The notes below the pieces were generated by a model. It ran no database searches. It saw only the letters and a program-made list of their open reading frames with translations, and had not been told where the DNA came from. DNA of 64,000 nt from contig NJBH01000004.1 of assembly GCA_005223125.1 (NCBI GenBank), forward strand, positions 100,995 to 164,994, given 5' to 3'. Positions 19,079 through 28,025 of the stretch are shown in pieces. A program made the translations under genes and the position numbers. Every line of letters begins with the position of its first letter. Position 1 is the first letter of the stretch. Origin of the DNA: Promethearchaeota archaeon Loki_b32 (lineage in GTDB: Archaea; Asgardarchaeota; Lokiarchaeia; Sigyniarchaeales; SOKP01).

Positions 19079-19462
19079 TTGGATGGAAATTTGATAACAA
19101 ATCTAGTTGGCCAGATGCTAGATTGGAGCAGTGATTCTTGTCCAAATTATTATAAAAATTCTTATCCAGATACTGGGAGAGCTAAGTGGCAAAAAGTTAT
19201 TGACAGCCGTAACTTCATCAAAAGAGAAGGAGTTGGAGAATTTTTATTACAGTATTATCCTGATGCAGTAAAACGAGTCTTTGGTTACAGCGTGAAGAAA
19301 GCTAGCACTGTGGAGAGTAAAATTAGAAGCATACTTAATAACTGGGCTAATGAATATGGTTCGATGCCAAAACTGCCAAATATTGTTCTAAATAAACTTG
19401 GATTAGTTACAACTCAGACTCAAATCACAAATTTCCTTGGTAATCCAAATCCAAACCCATAA
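19079..19462 (+). CDS. Hypothetical protein
   Basis: ORF only, with a TTG start. No motif recognised. Confidence 0.35.
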   Translation: MDGNLITNLVGQMLDWSSDSCPNYYKNSYPDTGRAKWQKVIDSRNFIKREGVGEFLLQYYPDAVKRVFGYSVKKASTVESKIRSILNNWANEYGSMPKLPNIVLNKLGLVTTQTQITNFLGNPNPNP

Positions 19463-19575
19463 TTTTAAATTATAAATTTTTTATTTTATTATTAAGAATG
19501 TTAAAAAAACAAAAAATCATAAGAATTAAAGATCCACGATTAAAAGGTATATGACTTAATTTAAGAAGAGTTCTA

Positions 19576-19833
19576 ATGAACACATTTTATGATCAGGAGG
19601 CAACTCTTCAAGCTATTTGGTTGGGTTCAAAGGGAGATGAGCAGTTATCACTTCTTCGAAAGCTTGAAGATTTTCGTCATAATTATCGTGATTCGATTTT
19701 AGTGTGTAGTGTATGCTCTAAGTTGGACGGTGATAGAGTCTACATTCCACGACATAAACGTTGGTACTGTACTGATTGTCTAAAGAAAGGAGTTATACCT
19801 TCTTTAAGAAAATTAAAAAGAAAAGCTTTTTAG
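19576..19833 (+). CDS. Hypothetical small protein with CxxC...CxxC zinc-ribbon-like pairs
   Basis: CSVCSK ... CTDCLKK and a basic C-terminus. Confidence 0.4.
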   Translation: MNTFYDQEATLQAIWLGSKGDEQLSLLRKLEDFRHNYRDSILVCSVCSKLDGDRVYIPRHKRWYCTDCLKKGVIPSLRKLKRKAF

Positions 19834-20012
19834 CTTACTCTTTAATCCGGTCTATTGTTTATCATTCAGGTTTTGTAGTTTATAAAGTAAGAGTTCTCAG
19901 TGTTGGTTAAGAAGACTTCGAGATTCTATTGAGCAACGAAGAACAATTTTTATTAAAATTTTAAAAGTAATATATAATTTCTTAAGGAAATAAGTATATC
20001 TATACTCTGATA

Positions 20013-20759
20013 ATGAAAATTGCTCTGACTTTCGATATTGAAAGAGATATTCCTAACGTTCTAGATACATATTTTGGGGTAAAATTTGGTGTAAGAACAA
20101 TATTGAAACTATTAGATGATTTTAATATCAAGGGCACATTTTTCTGTACAGGAACAGTTGCTAATCAGCACCCTTGGGCTATAAGCCTAATAGAGAGTAA
20201 AGGACATGAAATAGGTTGTCATAGTCTAAATCATGAACGGATATCCAGATTAAGTTATGAAGAATGTAAAAAGATTATCTCTTCGAATAAAGAAACAATT
20301 GAAAATATATGCCAAAAATCAGAAATCATTGGTTTTCGAGCTCCTTACCTTAAACCTCCAAAATTTCTATTTCAAGTGCTAAATGATTTGGGATTTACAT
20401 ATGATTCTTCAATTAGTTCTCGAAAGAAGATGAAATATTATCCAATAAGTTATGGAATTCAAGAATTTCATCCCTCTAAACTATTTCCTTATTTTCGATT
20501 TCCATTAAGTTCTTTTTTTATTCCATTGTGGATGATGAAAAAGAAATTTATTGTACCGTATTTCCATTGTTGGGAAGCAATTGATATTAAAAATGTATTG
20601 GACGATCTAAACTTATTTAAAAACTCCCTTTATAGAATAGATCGTTGGATAAACACGGGAGATTCATTTATTAAAAGAATTAGGAAATTAATCATCAAAG
20701 CTCTCTTTAAAAAAACTGAATTTGTAACTTTAAAGCAATTATCTACCAATCTAGATTAA
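20013..20759 (+). CDS. Polysaccharide deacetylase (NodB homology domain)
   Basis: LTFDIERD..., GTFFCTG, GHEIGCHSLNHE, FRAPY motifs. Confidence 0.7.
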   Translation: MKIALTFDIERDIPNVLDTYFGVKFGVRTILKLLDDFNIKGTFFCTGTVANQHPWAISLIESKGHEIGCHSLNHERISRLSYEECKKIISSNKETIENICQKSEIIGFRAPYLKPPKFLFQVLNDLGFTYDSSISSRKKMKYYPISYGIQEFHPSKLFPYFRFPLSSFFIPLWMMKKKFIVPYFHCWEAIDIKNVLDDLNLFKNSLYRIDRWINTGDSFIKRIRKLIIKALFKKTEFVTLKQLSTNLD

Positions 20760-22199
20760 CTAAAACTCTAACTTTTCTCTCATTCTTCTAATATCCAAAA
20801 AGAAATTTAAAAAATCTTTTATTGCTCTAAATATCTTTTTTGAATTAAATATGAATTGTAAACCTTTTTTTTTAATCAATCTTATAAAAGTATCTTTCCA
20901 CCCTCTATTAAAATAAGCATAATAATACGCCTTAGATAAAAGTTGTTCTAATTTATCTTTTGATAATTTGTCTAATCGATTTACTGCCGTTGTAAAATTA
21001 TATTCACCCCAATTACTAGATAATAAATAATCTTTTTCAATCAAAATATCTCTAAATTTTGTACCAGGTAAGGGAGTCATTATAGAATACAACGGAAAAT
21101 CTACACCTAGCTTTTTAACCATTTTTATCATAAGATCTGTATCTTTCTCTTCTTCATTTAAACTTGAACCAATTAATAGACTACCAATTATTACTATATC
21201 ATTATCATGAAGTATCCTAATTGCCTCTACAATATCTCGAAATTGAACTTTTTTCTCCATTTCGTTTAATGATTTTTGATTGAATGATTCAATACCAAGG
21301 AAAAACAACCAGAATCCTGCTTTAGACATTTTTTTAATAACATTTGGATTTTTTTTAATAACATCAATTCGACTTTGACAAATTAAATCTAATTTTATGT
21401 CTTCCGCAATTATTAGATCACAAATCTCTTCTACTCTTTTCATATTTGCAGTGAAGTTATCATCCACTATCAACACATTCTTACTTACATTTTGACTCGA
21501 AATAATTTTTAACTCTTGAATAACCCGTTCTGTGCTTTTTGTTCTATAAGTTCCTCGATAAAAGAGATGTATATTACAGAAAGTACAATTAAAAGGGCAA
21601 CCTCTTGAAGTCTCAATAACATCTATAGGCATCTGAAAAATTTGAAAATAAGCTCTATTATTTCTCAGTTTTCTTGCTGGAAATGGTAATTTATTTAAAT
21701 CTCTAATTAAAGGACGATCTGGATTATTAACTATATTCCCGTTATCTTTAAAAGAAATTCCTTTTATCTCATTTAGATTTTTATTTTTAACTATTTCCCT
21801 AAATGTAATTTCTCCTTCTCCTCGGACTATAACATCTACGAATGAATATTTTATAACTTCAGAATAGGTAAAACTTGGATGCCATCCTCCTAAAACGACT
21901 GAATATCCTTTATTTTTTGATTCTTTTGCGATTCTTAAAGCAAAATTAATTCCTATAGTGAAACAACATGAAATTCCAACAATATCGGGGCTAAATTCAT
22001 TAATTTCTTCCATTATCTGCTTTAAGTCTAAATTTCTGACTTTAGCATCAATTATCTTCACTTTAACTAAATCTAAAATGTTAGCCGCAATATATTCTAA
22101 ACCCAAAGCTGGAATTGTAAATTTATCCGTAATACTCTTAGTAATAAAATTTGGATTCAATAAAGCTACTCTTTGGATTTTCTTATCAACTAATTTCAT
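20760..22199 (-). CDS. B12-binding radical SAM protein (class B)
   Basis: N-terminal cobalamin-binding-like Rossmann domain, then SRGCPFNCTFCN (CxxxCxxC). Abuts the convergent deacetylase gene with no gap. Confidence 0.8.
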   Translation of the reverse strand: MKLVDKKIQRVALLNPNFITKSITDKFTIPALGLEYIAANILDLVKVKIIDAKVRNLDLKQIMEEINEFSPDIVGISCCFTIGINFALRIAKESKNKGYSVVLGGWHPSFTYSEVIKYSFVDVIVRGEGEITFREIVKNKNLNEIKGISFKDNGNIVNNPDRPLIRDLNKLPFPARKLRNNRAYFQIFQMPIDVIETSRGCPFNCTFCNIHLFYRGTYRTKSTERVIQELKIISSQNVSKNVLIVDDNFTANMKRVEEICDLIIAEDIKLDLICQSRIDVIKKNPNVIKKMSKAGFWLFFLGIESFNQKSLNEMEKKVQFRDIVEAIRILHDNDIVIIGSLLIGSSLNEEEKDTDLMIKMVKKLGVDFPLYSIMTPLPGTKFRDILIEKDYLLSSNWGEYNFTTAVNRLDKLSKDKLEQLLSKAYYYAYFNRGWKDTFIRLIKKKGLQFIFNSKKIFRAIKDFLNFFLDIRRMREKLEF

Positions 22200-22299
22200 T
22201 TAATCTACCAATATTACAAGTGGGAAGATAATTTTCATTCTTTTAATTTTATATTTTTTTTTAGACTTATATAATATGTAAAATAATAAATATTGAATT

Positions 22300-23720
22300 T
22301 AATTGATACTATCAATCAGTATTATTAGACTCTGTATTTTTTTATATACCGACAATCCTATTTAAATATTAACTTGAGATTATCTGAAACAATATACATA
22401 AATTCTTCTGCCCAAATATCTAAATTGTGTCATTCAGCTAAGAATTTATACAATTTAGCTAATTGGTATGTAAGACAAGATTTTTTTAAACTAAATATTT
22501 TTCTCAATTACTACGATCTGGATTATATCTTAAAAGATAAAAATGTTTATCGAGAACTACCTTCTCAGTCTTCTCAACAGATTCTAAAGCTTGTTAATAG
22601 AAACTGGAGATCATATTTTGGAGCATTAAAAGTATATAGAGCGAATCCTAATAAATTTAAGAACAAACCAAAAATTCCACACTATAAAAAGAAGAACGGA
22701 GAATTTATCGTTATTTTTACAAACCAGCAATGCAGAATTAAGGAGGGTTATTTATACTTTCCAAAAAAGGTTAATCTCAAAAGAATAAAAACAAGAATAA
22801 AGGAAAAACTAAAAGAAGTAAGGATTATACCGTTAAGTATAAAATATAAGATAGAAATTATATATAAAAAAGAAGAGAAGGATTTAGGATTAAATAAAAA
22901 TAATATATTATCAATTGATTTAGGATTGAATAACCTTATAACTGCTGTAAATAATATTGGGTTAGATCCAATTATTATTAAAGGTAAGGTTGTAAAATCT
23001 ATTAATCAATATTATAACAAGCAATTAGCATTCTATAGAAGCATTGAAAACAAGAAGAGTAATTTCCAAGACACAAAAAGAATCCAAAAATTACACCTAA
23101 AGAGAGATAATAAAATAAATACCATATTTCACAGAATTTCTAGATTTATAATTAACTATTGCATCAAAAATAATCTTGGCACTATTATAATTGGATATAA
23201 TAATGGGTGGAAGCAAAATATAAATATTGGCAAGAAAAATAACCAGAAATTTGTTCAGATTCCATTTTTAAGATTAATTAATCAAGTTAAATATAAATCA
23301 GAATTGGTTGGAATTTCTGTAATAACAATTAATGAGAACCACACATCTAAGTGTAGTTTTCTCGATAATGAAGAGATTAGACATCATAAGAAATATCTAG
23401 GTAAAAGAATTAGTAGGGGATTATTTAGAACTTCCAATGGTACACTCATCAATGCTGATGTAAAAGCAGGTTATAATATAATGAAAAAAGTATTCCCAAA
23501 TTCCATACAGGTTGATGGGATAGAGGCATTCGGACTGATGCCACAAATAATACAACAAAACATCGTTGATCCTATTATTTGAAATGAAATGAGTATATTT
23601 TTATTCATTTTGATGGTCTCTATGTCTTAACAGCTATATCATTTAAATGATGAGGTTTTAATTTTAATGCTGAATTTACACATTTATTAATTATTAATTT
23701 TAATTGAAATTTTAGATGAT
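22300..23720 (+). mobile_element. tnpB-only IS200/IS605-type element (boundaries approximate)
   Basis: tnpB lies between two radical-SAM paralogs. A 7-bp stem aaatgaa/ttcattt lies just 3' of the stop (23583-23612). The element ends were not identifiable by eye. Confidence 0.35.
22374..23582 (+). CDS. tnpB: TnpB-family RNA-guided endonuclease (IS200/IS605 accessory gene), no tnpA nearby
   Basis: SIDLGLNNLIT (RuvC-I Asp), IGYNNGWKQ.., NENHTSKCSF, and INADVKAGYNI (RuvC-III Asp). TTG start. Confidence 0.85.
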   Translation: MRLSETIYINSSAQISKLCHSAKNLYNLANWYVRQDFFKLNIFLNYYDLDYILKDKNVYRELPSQSSQQILKLVNRNWRSYFGALKVYRANPNKFKNKPKIPHYKKKNGEFIVIFTNQQCRIKEGYLYFPKKVNLKRIKTRIKEKLKEVRIIPLSIKYKIEIIYKKEEKDLGLNKNNILSIDLGLNNLITAVNNIGLDPIIIKGKVVKSINQYYNKQLAFYRSIENKKSNFQDTKRIQKLHLKRDNKINTIFHRISRFIINYCIKNNLGTIIIGYNNGWKQNINIGKKNNQKFVQIPFLRLINQVKYKSELVGISVITINENHTSKCSFLDNEEIRHHKKYLGKRISRGLFRTSNGTLINADVKAGYNIMKKVFPNSIQVDGIEAFGLMPQIIQQNIVDPII

Positions 23721-23723
23721 TTT

Positions 23724-25187
23724 TTGAAAGTATCGTTAATTTTTCCAAGACCCCCAGAAAAAGGAACTTTTTGTGGTACAGTTAAAGGAGCTGAGCAGTA
23801 CTACAAAGATAAGATAGAATTTTACGGATTTCCGCCAATGGGAATTCTTTACCTTGCTACATACTTAAGCAAAAAAAATTTTAATGTTTCGATTCTTGAT
23901 CAATTTGCTAGAGGATATTCGATTGAGAGAACGCTAGAGTGGATAAAACGTGAAGATCCAGATATTTTAGGATTTTCAACGATAACTACTGCTGGAACAG
24001 GTATAATTTCTGCTGAAATTAGCAAAAGAGTAAAAGAAGAAATAAATCCGAATGTAAAAGTTCTGTTTGGGAATTATCATGCCACATTCAATGATACTAG
24101 AATTTTAAATAAATATCCATTCATTGATGCTTGTATAAGAGGAGAAGGGGAACAAACTCTTTTAGAAATTGCTGAAAAAACTGAGAAGGGTCAAGGTTTT
24201 GAAGATATTAGAGGAGTTACGTATAGAGACAATAATAGATTTGTGAGGAACGATGATAGACCTCTTATAGAAAATATTGACACACTTCCATTTCCAGACA
24301 GGAGATTGTTGGGAAATATTGAATATAAAAATGAGGTTGAAGGTCTTGAATTATCTATTGGAAAATTCACTTCTGCTGCTTCATCAAGAGGATGTGCATT
24401 TCAATGTTCATTCTGCTCAAGTTCGATGTTTTGGGGTAAATGGCGTCCGAGAACTCCAGAAAATATAATACAAGAATTATCTTATCTTGAAGAACAAGGC
24501 TTTCAAAACTTACTTTGGGTAGATGATAACTTTACTATAAGCAAAAAAAGGTTGCTGAAGTTATCAAGTTTAATAAAGAAAGAAAAGATGGATTTTAATT
24601 GGATGGCTGAAGGCAGAGTTACCCAGAGTTCAATAGAATTATTGAATGCTATGAAACAGATGGGATGTAAAATCCTAAGTTTTGGTGTAGAAAGCGGATC
24701 TCAGAGGATGTTAGACTGGTATAATAAGAAAATTAATTTAAATCAAATCTATGATGCAATAAAAAATTCCAATAAAGTTGGAATAGATATGATCTTAGCC
24801 AATTTTATTGTGGGTTCCCCTGTTGAAACTCGAGAAGAAATTATTAAAACTCTAAATCTTTCTCTGAAATTAGATATTGATTTTCCACAATTTCATGTTT
24901 TAGGCATAATTCCAGGAAATTGGATTTGGGACCAGATGGTAAAAGAAAAAAGAATTAATCCAGATGTATGTTGGGAAGTTGGTACCGCGGTTCTTCCGAT
25001 TTCATTGAGTGAAATAATGGAAAGAATAAAAGAAACTCATAGAAAGTTCATGCAACGTCCTAGCTACATATCCAGGCAAATTGTTAAGACTTTTAAAAGC
25101 AGATATAGGCAAAAAGCAATCTGGCAAAACTTTAAAAACGTTAAAAATTGGGATTTATGGAATAATTGGAAACCATTCTGGGGTTAA
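23724..25187 (+). CDS. B12-binding radical SAM protein (class B), paralog of 30190-31656
   Basis: SRGCAFQCSFCS cluster motif. Collinear similarity with the 488-aa paralog (ILGFST, NYHATFND, LPFPDR, WVDDNFT). Confidence 0.8.
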   Translation: MKVSLIFPRPPEKGTFCGTVKGAEQYYKDKIEFYGFPPMGILYLATYLSKKNFNVSILDQFARGYSIERTLEWIKREDPDILGFSTITTAGTGIISAEISKRVKEEINPNVKVLFGNYHATFNDTRILNKYPFIDACIRGEGEQTLLEIAEKTEKGQGFEDIRGVTYRDNNRFVRNDDRPLIENIDTLPFPDRRLLGNIEYKNEVEGLELSIGKFTSAASSRGCAFQCSFCSSSMFWGKWRPRTPENIIQELSYLEEQGFQNLLWVDDNFTISKKRLLKLSSLIKKEKMDFNWMAEGRVTQSSIELLNAMKQMGCKILSFGVESGSQRMLDWYNKKINLNQIYDAIKNSNKVGIDMILANFIVGSPVETREEIIKTLNLSLKLDIDFPQFHVLGIIPGNWIWDQMVKEKRINPDVCWEVGTAVLPISLSEIMERIKETHRKFMQRPSYISRQIVKTFKSRYRQKAIWQNFKNVKNWDLWNNWKPFWG

Positions 25188-25224
25188 AATCCAGGGAAAA
25201 ATAAAAATCTTTGAAAAATTACTC

Positions 25225-25297
25225 TTACACATTATCTGGGTTCCAGAAGGATTTTACTCCATGGAAATCCTTGAAATTCTTTATATTGTGGGTAAGC
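25225..25297. repeat. Direct repeat copy A (pairs with 30190-30262)
   Basis: About 73 nt with roughly 8 mismatches, same orientation: cacattatctgggttcca.aa.gattttactccatggaa.tc.ttgaa.ttctttatatt.tgg.taag. Confidence 0.85.
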
Positions 25298-25345
25298 ATA
25301 TTAATTAGTGAAGAGAATTTGTAGAAAATATAAAAAAGAAGCGAA
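25225..25345 (-). pseudogene. 3'-terminal remnant of a third radical-SAM paralog
   Basis: The minus strand reads ..FYKFSSLINMLTHNIKNFKDFHGVKSFWNPDNV*. The intact gene at 30190 ends ..SYKFFSMLKVLIHNIKNFKDFHGVKSFWNPDNV*. No upstream part of the gene remains. Confidence 0.75.
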
Positions 25346-26164
25346 AAGATTAGGGTGGACAGTGGATTATCTAAAAGCCCATATCAGAAAAGAAGAAAGG
25401 GTTAAGGAAGTATTTGAGAAACTAAATAAGAAGGAAAAATTCAAGAAGCTCTAATTCATTAAAAGAACAAAATTGTTCTCTTACTGACTATACTAAAATT
25501 TGTCGGAGTCTTGACATTTAAATCTCTATAAATCAATTTCTTTCCATGTGAGTAAATATTCATCTTATTATGATTGGGAATTACGATTCCGAAAGGCAAA
25601 AAAAAGACATATGCGGGATAGAAAGAACCCTTTAGGATTATATCACCACCAATTTGAAGCATTCCTTAAAGAGTGGAAGAAAAAGAATTTTCCAACTAAA
25701 GAAAAGAAGGAAAATGGAAAATAATATCTTCCAAATACTCCAATATTTCTTTTGGAGTAAAATATTATAATAAAATTATCCATAAATTATGGGTATGACA
25801 AAATAGTATTTTAAGAGTCTGATCTCATTTATATTGAACCTTGAAATCATACTCTTTATGACAGAAACCCATAATTATTCAGCTTTTCAAGGAAAATCAG
25901 GGCTGATTATAAATTCTAATACTTCCCAATGGATTTCTGCTTGCTGGCTCGGAGTACAACTTCAATTTTAATATCTTTTTACATATCTTCAATACAATAT
26001 TTACACATACATTTTCCTTCGATAACTTTTAATTTATTTTTTCGAGTTCTTTCTCCACATAAACTAACATCTATGTAAAGGTAGAATTATTTAAACCGTG
26101 TAGATTCAGTTATGTTTTAACCTGTGTTAATTAAATTAGCATATTGAATATCGTCAATGAAAAG

Positions 26165-26509
26165 TCAAAACGTTCTTCCATTCCAACCCCACATTGATCC
26201 GTTTGCGTTGGCAAACTCGATGTAGATTCTTTCTTTATTGACTCCGAATTCTTCTTCTGCAAAATCACATAATGATTTAGAAAGATCAGCTGTTTTTGAT
26301 TCTGCAAGTCCAATACTCTTAAGTTCCATGAATATTATCGGTTCACCTACTCCTGCAAAAACCATCTTTATTGATGGCTCAAGTGCGACCATCACATAAC
26401 TTTCAGGTTTACCTAATCCCGTTGCAACAAGTTTTGAAGCTTTCTCTACTATTTCTAGTTTCTTTCCATCTTCTACATCTTGATTTGTTTGTATTTTTAG
26501 ATATGGCAT
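26165..26509 (-). CDS. MIF / D-dopachrome tautomerase family protein (tautomerase superfamily, Pro-1)
   Basis: MPYLKIQTN..GKPESYVMVAL.P...FAG..EP....L.SIG......LC.......RIYIEF....GWNGRTF aligns along its length with the MIF pattern MPMFIVNTN..GKPPQYI...F.G..EP...L.SIG...LC...R.YI.....GWN..TF. AGGAGG lies 7 nt upstream of the second ATG, which would expose Pro-1. Confidence 0.85.
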   Translation of the reverse strand: MPYLKIQTNQDVEDGKKLEIVEKASKLVATGLGKPESYVMVALEPSIKMVFAGVGEPIIFMELKSIGLAESKTADLSKSLCDFAEEEFGVNKERIYIEFANANGSMWGWNGRTF

Positions 26510-26536
26510 AAACATTCCTCCTGATAATAATCATTA

Positions 26537-26800
26537 TTAGAATCCGAAAGAGGGAATAGCAAAATCATTCATTGCGCTAAGACTTTTTGAGACCAAATAG
26601 TTATTGTCGGGATTGGCTTTGGAAAATCGATGTAAGAAAAAGAAACTTACTACGGGGATAAAGGTTCCAAGATATATGGAAATAGTTAGTAATAAAGAGA
26701 ATAAAATTGCATTTCTAAAATTAGTTGTTTCTGACATGTTTAGATATAGGAAATTTATTATTAAAAAGTTAAGTATCTTTAGTTTTTTAGTAATTCCCAA
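26537..26800 (-). CDS. Small hydrophobic protein, possibly co-transcribed with the MIF-like gene
   Basis: Same strand, ends 27 nt before the MIF start. One clear TM stretch. Weak call. Confidence 0.3.
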   Translation of the reverse strand: MGITKKLKILNFLIINFLYLNMSETTNFRNAILFSLLLTISIYLGTFIPVVSFFFLHRFSKANPDNNYLVSKSLSAMNDFAIPSFGF

Positions 26801-26871
26801 AACAAAGGTTTTAAATTAAAAAAAAATGAGTTAGGTTTCATTAATTTTTCAGCCTATTTCTTTATTTCTTA

Positions 26872-27465
26872 TTATCCATAATCAAACTCAGTTTCGAATT
26901 GTATTCCAAACTCTACTTCTAAAAATGGGACTATCTCTTTATAGTGTTTTTGGGTAATATAAGTATAATCTTTCCCTAAACTTAATTTAGAGTTAAAACT
27001 TAACCCTCCTTGAAATTCAAAGCCGATATGACTAAAGGCATTCAAAGCATTTTTGCGAATATTTAAATCCAAATCCTTAACCCCATCTATGGAATCTAAA
27101 ACTTCTTCATCATCTCTAATTAAATCAAATATGATTCTCTTCTTAGATGTAGTATTAAAGTAATCAACCCAGGTCTTCCAAATTATATCGACATACAATG
27201 TAAGGTATTCAATAGTTTCCAGATCTAAATTTCTTATGATCTTTAATGCTTCTCTAGCACCATCAATACCAGATGGTAATAGTTGCTTTTTATATTTATA
27301 AGGGTGATTTAGATCTAGTTCTTCTTGATGTTTTTTAATTCGGATTTCTGCAATTTCTTTCTTCTCTAGGTATAACTCATTTAATTTGTTTTTTTCTGCC
27401 TCTGGACCTTGATGGAAACGATATTGGTTTAAATCATAATCTAAAACATCGAGAAAATATTTATT
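26872..27465 (-). pseudogene. Unknown-function gene whose reading frame stays open 89 codons upstream of the first canonical start
   Basis: The frame is open from TAG-TAA (27466-27471) down to the track's TTG (27198). It reads NKYFLDVLDYDLNQYRFHQGPEAEKNKLNELYLEKKEIAEIRIKKHQEELDLNHPYKYKKQLLPSGIDGAREALKIIRNLDLETIEYLT with no ATG/GTG/TTG. Confidence 0.45.
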
Positions 27466-27597
27466 TTACTATAGTACTATAAATTTTGATGAAATCGATG
27501 AGGTCAACTTAGAAGATACCTCACAAGAAATATACGAATATATTTCAGATTTTTTTATTAAAATTCAAAATTTTATTTATCCGGAGTGAGATAAAAA

Positions 27598-27963
27598 ATG
27601 GAAAAAGATATAATCTTGAATGATATGATAGAAAAAATATTACTTGATGATAAAAGTCTAAAGGCAATGAAAGAAGCAATTGATAAGGTAAGTAAAGGAA
27701 TAATGACAGCAAAACATTTTCGTGAAAAATATATTAAAAAACGAGAAAATGAATTCCGCCAGTTATGTAATTTATTTCCTTATTACATGAAGCAGGTGAT
27801 GAATCAACAGCCAATCAAAGACTTTACATAACATACTAACGACCTTCAATTGGAAAAAGAATTACAGGAAAGAAATCAATTTCTTGAGCAGGTTGGATTA
27901 CGGGTAAGGATTCTTTATGAGAAATTAAGGAATCTTCAAGAAGCTAATGTTATATCCCGTTAA
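27598..27963 (+). pseudogene. Small coiled-coil protein interrupted by one in-frame TAA (27829-27831)
   Basis: A 77-aa ORF is followed, in the same frame, by 43 more stop-free codons (HTNDLQLEKELQERNQFLEQVGLRVRILYEKLRNLQEANVISR*). Confidence 0.35.
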
Positions 27964-28025
27964 ACCTAATTGACAATAGATAAGAATGTATATAAAGGAA
28001 ATTAACCTCATTATTAATTACTTAC

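Noticed and set aside
25307-25456. A small basic plus-strand ORF (VKRICRKYKKEAKRLGWTVDYL...).
   Set aside because: It overlaps the antisense remnant of the radical-SAM paralog, so its open frame may be residual. It is kept only as context for the island finding.
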